A stretch of DNA of 21,882 nucleotides from Candidatus Hydrogenedentota bacterium. GTDB taxonomy: Bacteria > Hydrogenedentota > Hydrogenedentia > Hydrogenedentales > SLHB01. The stretch spans positions 1 to 21,882 of the forward strand of contig JAWXCN010000059.1 in NCBI GenBank assembly GCA_034408725.1, given 5' to 3'. The translations under genes were made by a program, and so were the position numbers. This document shows positions 16,183-21,882 of the stretch, piece by piece. Within the stretch, counting starts at the first letter, position 1; each line of letters opens with the position of its first letter. The notes beneath the pieces are model-generated. The model was not told where the DNA came from, searched no databases, and saw only the letters and a program-made list of their open reading frames with translations.

Positions 16183-17738
16183 AAAACGGCATTTTCGAGG
16201 GCGACGACGCAGACCTCATGTCGCGGATGTTTTTCCTATCTGGTGGACAATGGACGGCGCTCGCGTCGTGCGCCAATGGGAATGCGCGCAACATTCAATA
16301 CATCACTGGTCACGATTCACCGGACACCACCGGCGCAATGGCCGAAGGCGGTTGGAAAACGATTCATGAGCCACGTCCGGATGTTCCACTAATCGCGTGT
16401 GTGAGCAAAGATGGCGCGTGGGTAGCCGCGACCGCCGCGGAAAACGGCAACAGCATCTGCAACAACGCCAATGCGTCACACCGCTGCATGCACTCGCATG
16501 GCGCGGTGCCCATGCGCCGCGACGGTCCTTCTACGTTGCGCGTGAATGCGTATCTCCTCAAAGGCTCTCTTGATGATCTCGCAAACCGATATCGGCGCGA
16601 TGCGGAGCGATGGAATCGCGCCTCGGCTGCGCCCGGCCCGCTGTACGCGCAGACCGCAACGTATGGCGTGCGGAACATGTTGCCTGCATTCAACGACGCG
16701 CGTGTCAAGGAAATGCAATTCCCGGGATCGTGGCTGCACACGATTTTGTCGTTCAACGATTGGAGAAACCAGGCGCGGACCGCGTACCTCGAATCGCTGG
16801 GACCGCGTCCCCCACTCGCGCCGTTCCACATGAGCACCATCGCGGAAGAAGATCGCGGCACGTACATTGCCCGCAAAACTGCATTCAACATTTCCGCGAC
16901 CGAACGGGTGAAAGCCTATCTGTTGGCGCCCAAGGGTGACGGCCCGTTCCCCGCCATTGTCGCGCTGCACGATCATGGCGCGCACTTCTCCATCGGCAAG
17001 GAAAAAGTTATTCGGCCCTTCGGAGAAAGCGCTGAACAACTCGCCGACGCCACGGACTGGACCAACAAATATTACGGCGGACGTTTCATCGGTGATGCAC
17101 TTGCCGAATGCGGATACGTCGTATTCGCCACCGACGCCCTATTCTGGGGCGACCGCGGTCGCTTTGGCGGCGTCGAGTACGAAGACCAGCAAGCCCTTGG
17201 CGCAAACATGCTGCAACTCGGCCTGTCGTGGGCCGGCAAAATCGTGTGGGACGACCTCCGTAGCGCGGAGTTTGTTCAAGGTCTGCCATTCGTCGCGCCC
17301 GATCTCATTGGTTGCCTCGGTCTATCGATGGGTTCACACCGCTCTTGGAGCCTCAACGCCGCCACAGACATCGTCAAATGCGGCGCGGCCATTTGCTGGA
17401 TGGGCGACACTGCAACGCTCACACAACCCGACAACAACCAAACCAAAGGTCAATCCGCTTTCAGCATGATCGTGCCCGGCCTGCGCAACGCGCTCGACTA
17501 CCCCGACGTCGCGTCCATCGCGTGTCCGAAACCCATGCTCTTCTTCAACGGCAGCGAAGACGCCCTCTTCCCCGTGCCCGGCGTCGACGCCTCCTTCGCC
17601 AAAATGCGCAAGGTCTGGGAATCGCAACAGGCCGGCGACAGATTGATAACAAAACTCTGGCCCGTCCCCCATGAATTCAACGCCGCCATGCAGGACGAAG
17701 CATTCGCTTGGCTGGACAGTGTGTTGATGAATAGATAG
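16179..17738 (+). CDS. Alpha/beta-hydrolase (dienelactone hydrolase / Abhydrolase_7-like esterase) with an N-terminal extra domain fragment
   Basis: PAIVALHDHG, nucleophile elbow GLSMG, acid in NGSED, His in WPVPHEF; ATGA overlap with the upstream ORF. Confidence 0.8.
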   Translation: MKNGIFEGDDADLMSRMFFLSGGQWTALASCANGNARNIQYITGHDSPDTTGAMAEGGWKTIHEPRPDVPLIACVSKDGAWVAATAAENGNSICNNANASHRCMHSHGAVPMRRDGPSTLRVNAYLLKGSLDDLANRYRRDAERWNRASAAPGPLYAQTATYGVRNMLPAFNDARVKEMQFPGSWLHTILSFNDWRNQARTAYLESLGPRPPLAPFHMSTIAEEDRGTYIARKTAFNISATERVKAYLLAPKGDGPFPAIVALHDHGAHFSIGKEKVIRPFGESAEQLADATDWTNKYYGGRFIGDALAECGYVVFATDALFWGDRGRFGGVEYEDQQALGANMLQLGLSWAGKIVWDDLRSAEFVQGLPFVAPDLIGCLGLSMGSHRSWSLNAATDIVKCGAAICWMGDTATLTQPDNNQTKGQSAFSMIVPGLRNALDYPDVASIACPKPMLFFNGSEDALFPVPGVDASFAKMRKVWESQQAGDRLITKLWPVPHEFNAAMQDEAFAWLDSVLMNR

Positions 17739-17748
17739 TAACCGACTT

Positions 17749-17776
17749 TTGCGCAGGTCTTTTCGTGTGGTAGCAT
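17749..17776 (+). promoter_or_regulatory. Putative promoter of the toxin-antitoxin operon
   Basis: TTGCGC-N16-TAGCAT with an extended -10 TGTGg; GAGGA Shine-Dalgarno before ATG 17809. Confidence 0.4.
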
Positions 17777-17808
17777 TGGTGTGGACGTAATGAATAGAGG
17801 ATAGAACA

Positions 17809-17994
17809 ATGACGACAAAAGAAGAGGTTAGAGCTATTCTGGACAAACTACCGGATGATTGCTCTCTGGAAGACGTTCAGTATCATCTCTATGTCATTGA
17901 GAAAATAAAGAACAGCATCGACACTGCTGAACGAGACGGAGTGTTGTCTCACGCGGATGTCGAGCAACGCATGCGAAAATGGACGTCTCCGTAA
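17809..17994 (+). CDS. Type II antitoxin (small acidic protein paired with RelE/ParE toxins)
   Basis: MTTKEEVRAILDKLPDDCSLEDVQYHLYVIEKI...G.LSHADVEQRM.KW pattern; overlaps the toxin start by 16 nt. Confidence 0.8.
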   Translation: MTTKEEVRAILDKLPDDCSLEDVQYHLYVIEKIKNSIDTAERDGVLSHADVEQRMRKWTSP

Positions 17995-18275
17995 ACTGGT
18001 CGCCAGCGGCAGTTGAAGACCTTGAAGAAATTGCCGAGTACATAGCGCGCGATTCCAGACGATACGCTACATCATTTGTGACTCGAGTACTCAGCATTGC
18101 CTCACAAATCGAACGCTTTCCTTACTCGGGAAGAATTGTACCGGAATTGAATAACGAGCTTATTCGTGAGCGCTTCGTCTACCAGTACCGCCTCATTTAT
18201 CGAATTCTCCCTGATTCTGTACTTATCCTTTCACTGATCCACGGGAAGCGTTTGCTTCCAATAGACGACTTGTAA
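17979..18275 (+). CDS. Type II toxin, RelE/ParE family
   Basis: VNWSPAAVEDLEEIAEYIARDS..YA..F, FPYSGRIVPE, IRE.FVYQYRLIYRI, ILSLIHGKRLL. Confidence 0.92.
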   Translation: MDVSVNWSPAAVEDLEEIAEYIARDSRRYATSFVTRVLSIASQIERFPYSGRIVPELNNELIRERFVYQYRLIYRILPDSVLILSLIHGKRLLPIDDL

Positions 18276-18348
18276 ATCTTGAGAAGGGTAACAAGACTTT
18301 GGTCCGCTCGTCGCGAATTCGTCGCACGAATAGTCCTAAAAGGATTAA

Positions 18349-18774
18349 ATGCACTTAGTCATTGCCATAGCCACCTGTCCCGAAGAAATCAGCGCCTGCT
18401 ACCCCGTAATGCAAGAATTGCGCCCCCACATCGCCGAACAGGAATTCCTCGACCGCGTGCAACGCCAAATGCAGTCGGGCTACCAACTGGCATTTCTGTC
18501 CGATGGCGGCGAGATAAAATCCGTCGCCGGATTCCGCGCCGGTGAATTCCTAGCATGGGGCCGAATCATGTATGTCGATGATCTCGTGTGCAAGGAGTCG
18601 GATCGTGGCAAAGGCTACGGCGGGCAATTGCTGGAATGGCTAATCGCGCGAGCGCGCGAGCAGGGTTGCGACCAATTCCATCTCGATAGCGGCACGCACC
18701 GCGTGGACGCGCACCGGTATTACATCGCGCACGGCATGGAAATCAGCAGCTACCATTTTGGAATGAAGCTGTAA
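18349..18774 (+). CDS. GNAT family N-acetyltransferase
   Basis: YVDDLV...RGKGYGGQLL acetyl-CoA motif, HLDSG..R.DAHRYY, SYHF; AAGGA Shine-Dalgarno. Confidence 0.92.
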   Translation: MHLVIAIATCPEEISACYPVMQELRPHIAEQEFLDRVQRQMQSGYQLAFLSDGGEIKSVAGFRAGEFLAWGRIMYVDDLVCKESDRGKGYGGQLLEWLIARAREQGCDQFHLDSGTHRVDAHRYYIAHGMEISSYHFGMKL

Positions 18775-20091
18775 TTATTTCCAAAACTCCGGCAGATTCG
18801 GCTTCGTCTCAACGACAATCTGCCGAATCGCGTTGCGGGTCTCGATATTGAGATGCGCATTCAACCGCGACTCCACTGCACCGGTCAAATGGTCCCACAG
18901 GCTGCGGTACACGTATTCCTTCATTGGCTTCGGCAGACTGTCAAACGCCTGCGAATAAATCAGGTAACTCAGCGGATACTTGAACATCCGCGTTTGTAGA
19001 TCGAATTCGCGCAATGATCTGCCTTGCGAATCCCGCGGGCCCTGTTGCGGAAACGCCTCCATGAATCCTGACGTGCCGGTCATCGGACTTTTCAACGGCG
19101 CTTCGTTCGCAAACAGCAAATACTCGACCAGTTTGTCCCCCACGTTTTTGATGATGCGCTGCGTGGATTCGCCGGGAATATTCAGATCGCGCTTCAGAAT
19201 TTCGTCGACGGCCGCCTGCCGATGCTGGGCGAAACGTGTCTCAAAATTCGCCGTGGTGAACAGATTGTGTACGTCCACCTGATGCACCAATACCATCAGG
19301 GCAACCACATCACTGTGCGGCGTCAAATACTGTCCCGGATTTACGCGCGCGTCGAGCATCCGCCGGTTCGCTCCCGCTTCAACATCAATCGACGCGTCCC
19401 GCTCAGTCTCCACCGCCAACACATTTCCCATGTGCCGCGCCGCGCCGTGATTCCCCGTGACGTACCAGCCGCCCCAGCGCTCTTCCATCGGGCTCGCCTG
19501 CGTTGTCACATGCGTGCCCGCCTTCAAGATCGGGAATCCGTCGGCATTCGCAAACACTGAACGCACAAGATGACCCGGTATCCCGCGCGTAAGCGTGGAA
19601 CCGTGACATTGCAGGCAGTTCTCAGTTTGCCGGATTACTGCCGGGCGCTCCGATTGCTCCTGCGACACCGTGTAGAACACCGCGCCAAGCTGAGGGTCCG
19701 CCACCGAAATCTCTATCACTTCTCCATTCGGCACACTTCCAACGTAAGTATCGTCGTTGAAGTAAATCGCGCGGGGAGTCGAGGGCGAGATGTGCTGCGT
19801 TTGAAGACTGGTCTTGGAAAACACCAATACCTGCGATTCATGCGGTATTTTCAAAGCATCCAGCAATGACGCCAGGTAGCCAGACATCGCATCATATTCA
19901 AGAGTCGCCGGTTTTGCGTCCAGAGCAATCTTGAGTTCAGACACCGTGTTGTGCGCCTCGGTCGCGCTGTAATGAATTGGCGCTTCCTCGAAGCTGTCTG
20001 CCGCAAAACTTGCAATCGAACAGACCAACGCAGCAATGAAAATGATCACTGCGTAATTACGATGTGCGCTTCGCGTCCAAAAGTTCTGCAT
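18775..20091 (-). CDS. Exported monoheme cytochrome c-like conserved hypothetical protein
   Basis: Signal peptide (MQNFWTRSAHRNYAVIIFIAALVCSIASFA); single CLQCH heme-binding motif; motif blocks SQVLVFSKTSLQ, PRAIYFNDDTYVG, ERWGGWYVTG, SLREFDLQTRMFKYPLSYLIYS. Confidence 0.75.
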   Translation of the reverse strand: MQNFWTRSAHRNYAVIIFIAALVCSIASFAADSFEEAPIHYSATEAHNTVSELKIALDAKPATLEYDAMSGYLASLLDALKIPHESQVLVFSKTSLQTQHISPSTPRAIYFNDDTYVGSVPNGEVIEISVADPQLGAVFYTVSQEQSERPAVIRQTENCLQCHGSTLTRGIPGHLVRSVFANADGFPILKAGTHVTTQASPMEERWGGWYVTGNHGAARHMGNVLAVETERDASIDVEAGANRRMLDARVNPGQYLTPHSDVVALMVLVHQVDVHNLFTTANFETRFAQHRQAAVDEILKRDLNIPGESTQRIIKNVGDKLVEYLLFANEAPLKSPMTGTSGFMEAFPQQGPRDSQGRSLREFDLQTRMFKYPLSYLIYSQAFDSLPKPMKEYVYRSLWDHLTGAVESRLNAHLNIETRNAIRQIVVETKPNLPEFWK

Positions 20092-20128
20092 GATGCAATC
20101 CCTGCAAAGATATATACTCAATACATCA

Positions 20129-20137
20129 ATTCTATCA
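20129..20137 (-). promoter_or_regulatory. Extended -10 promoter for the cytochrome c-like gene
   Basis: Minus strand TGaTAGAAT, downstream of the terminator at 20166-20196 and 38 nt before ATG 20091. Confidence 0.5.
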
Positions 20138-20165
20138 GCCGCCGATCTTAAAAATCCAACCTTAT

Positions 20166-20196
20166 AAAAAAGGGCGGCTCGTGATTGACCGCCCTT
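20166..20196 (-). terminator. Rho-independent terminator for the HEAT-repeat gene
   Basis: Inverted repeat AAGGGCGG (20170-20177) / CCGCCCTT (20189-20196) with an A6 run at 20166-20171, which is a U-tract on the minus strand. Confidence 0.8.
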
Positions 20197-20222
20197 GACT
20201 ACACTCGATTGTTCGCGTGGCG

Positions 20223-21881
20223 TCAGGGTTGCGTGAAATTGTTTCCTGTGCCGTCAGGTTTCGTCAGCCGCAAACAGAAATTCCAACCACCAGCGCCCTG
20301 ACTTATTTTCGCGAGAATGATGTTGGGGCCTTTCACAAAATGCACGTCCACCTTGTCCTGGTCCAATGCTGTGCCGCGATCTACGCGGTTTTCGAATACT
20401 TGCTTGCCGTTCAACCAAATCTGGTTGCCGTCATCCGAACCGATGCGGATTTGCCCATCTGCTTCCTCAGCCACGTCGACGATGGCATACGCATAGCCAA
20501 AACTCCGGTCCGCTGCGCCAAGCGCGCCAGTCAAATCAACCAACCCGATCGGTCCGGCGCCAGTCGCCGGCTTCCACGAAAAGGTTTTGCCGCCGACAAC
20601 GACAGGCTTGGAAATATCCACGTTAGGCTCGCCAACAAACGCGGTTGTCCACGCTGCGTCATTCTTCCATTCAAACGGCCCTACTACATGCCAGGTGCGC
20701 ACCAACCCGAGTAGATTCGACATCTCCGGCGGCAACGAATCGCCAAGGCTTGCCGCGACACGCACGAGGGTCTCCACAGACGCGCCGGAGTTTTGCGCGA
20801 GTTTTGCGGCTTCGACAGCTTTGTCCGTCTCCTTGTTCGCGGCCAATGCGCCCGCAACCGACGCCAACGCTTCCACCGCCAACGGCCTCAACTCTGCGTT
20901 CGTCAATCCGTCCTTTGCCACATCGAAAGCCTGCGGCACGGGATTCTGCGCAATGCCGCGCAACGCATCCGCGCGCAATTCAGCGTCGTCCGTCAAACCA
21001 TACAACTGCACAAACGCGAGACCCGCCGCCTGTTTGTCACCCGTGCCGCCAAGGTTACCGGCCATATTTTTTACCGCGCCGAGCGCGAACGCGCGCTCCT
21101 CGTCGTTGCCGTTCTTCGCTACGTCTACCAGCGCCGCGAAACCCTTCATCGAGCCGATTTTCGCGAGCGAACGCATGGCCGCGGAACGAATGGCCGCGTT
21201 CTGGCTTGCCAACTCTGTCCGAATCAAATCCAGCGCATCTTCCTGTTTCTGTTGTCCCCACACGGAAAGCATTGCGGCGCGCGTGGGTTCAGACAGTTTT
21301 GGATACGCTTCGACCACAGCCATCACCGCCTCGCGACCCTGCAAACTTGTCAATGCCAGCACCGCCTGGTCAACCAGCGCGCCATTCGCAGCTACCGCCA
21401 TATCAACGATTGAACTTACCACCGTGGCATCGCCATGTCGGCCAAGCCCCATCATCGCGGCGCCGCGAATGTTTTCGTCCGTCGCGCCGGTGAGCACGTT
21501 CTTATACGTCTGCATCGCCGCGTCCCAATTGCCGCCGTGCGACGCCATCGCATCGGCTACGCGCAATTGGGCATCGTTCGCCTGCTTCAAAGTTTCCGGT
21601 GTTGCATCAATCACAACCTTTTCGGCCAATTGTGCGTACTCCGGCTTTCCGCTCCATGCGACCGCGCGCACCGCCGCGACACGCACATTCGGGTCTGCAT
21701 GCGACGCCAAAGCCACGCACCGGTCCAGCGCACGCGGATTCCGCAACATCGCAACCGCATCAAGCAACGCCACTGCGAAAGTTGCATCCGCCTTCGCCGC
21801 GGCATCGACCAACACGTCGCACGCTTCATCGGTCGCCATTAGCGTCAGCGATTCGCGTGACTTTTCGCGCATATTATTATC
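20223..21881 (-). CDS. HEAT-repeat protein with a C-terminal PA14/galactose-binding-like beta-sandwich domain, probably 5'-partial
   Basis: HEAT-like repeats DPNVRVAAVRAV, DENIRGAAMMGLG, NAAIRSAAMRSLAKIG, DAELRADALRGI; C-terminal WHVVGPF...YAYA...IGSDDG.QIWLNG...KGPN.IL.KI.QG.GGW.FCLRL. The frame stays open past ATG 21872 to the window edge. Confidence 0.8.
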   Translation of the reverse strand, partial: DNNMREKSRESLTLMATDEACDVLVDAAAKADATFAVALLDAVAMLRNPRALDRCVALASHADPNVRVAAVRAVAWSGKPEYAQLAEKVVIDATPETLKQANDAQLRVADAMASHGGNWDAAMQTYKNVLTGATDENIRGAAMMGLGRHGDATVVSSIVDMAVAANGALVDQAVLALTSLQGREAVMAVVEAYPKLSEPTRAAMLSVWGQQKQEDALDLIRTELASQNAAIRSAAMRSLAKIGSMKGFAALVDVAKNGNDEERAFALGAVKNMAGNLGGTGDKQAAGLAFVQLYGLTDDAELRADALRGIAQNPVPQAFDVAKDGLTNAELRPLAVEALASVAGALAANKETDKAVEAAKLAQNSGASVETLVRVAASLGDSLPPEMSNLLGLVRTWHVVGPFEWKNDAAWTTAFVGEPNVDISKPVVVGGKTFSWKPATGAGPIGLVDLTGALGAADRSFGYAYAIVDVAEEADGQIRIGSDDGNQIWLNGKQVFENRVDRGTALDQDKVDVHFVKGPNIILAKISQGAGGWNFCLRLTKPDGTGNNFTQP

Positions 21882-21882
21882 C

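Noticed and set aside
18276-18348. Possible integron attC site between the toxin and GNAT genes (TAACAA after the stop; both are typical cassette genes)
   Set aside because: No RYYYAAC/GTTRRRY complementary ends, no long imperfect palindrome and no integrase in the window.
18349-18774. GNAT as a toxin or third TA component
   Set aside because: It resembles ordinary small-molecule acetyltransferases, has no RHH antitoxin partner and returns to GC-rich composition.
20645-21493. 282-aa and 206-aa plus-strand ORFs opposite the HEAT-repeat gene
   Set aside because: Arg/Pro-rich shadow frames with no motifs.
1-21882. CRISPR array, tRNA, rRNA or transposase
   Set aside because: No regularly spaced repeats, cloverleaf or transposase motifs were seen by eye, and the intergenic gaps are short.

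Overview
Gene-dense bacterial chromosomal segment, mostly GC-rich with some AT-richer genes. The gene content (an ECF sigma factor with a large membrane-anchored extension, a HEAT + PA14-like protein, a GH42-like hydrolase, a CxxCH protein) suggests a PVC-like or Hydrogenedentes-like organism; this is an inference only. Left to right: partial NUDIX-metallo-beta-lactamase-fold fusion; secreted beta-propeller protein; GH42-like glycosidase; polyprenyl diphosphate synthase; ECF sigma/TM/six-repeat fusion; secreted protein with an L,D-transpeptidase-like His...SxGC motif; a ygiB-like/ygiC-like/DUF350 trio; a secreted alpha-helical enzyme followed by an alpha/beta-hydrolase across a suspicious junction; a type II RelE/ParE toxin-antitoxin pair; a GNAT; a monoheme cytochrome c-like protein; and a partial HEAT-repeat protein. 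No rRNA, tRNA, CRISPR array or transposase was recognised. The most interesting signals are a strong in-frame internal ribosome-binding site plus GTG at the sigma/sensor boundary of the ECF fusion, the unresolved lipoprotein/ATP-grasp ligase/DUF350 module, the probable split gene at about 16.1 kb, and a clean leaderless promoter on the GH42-like gene.
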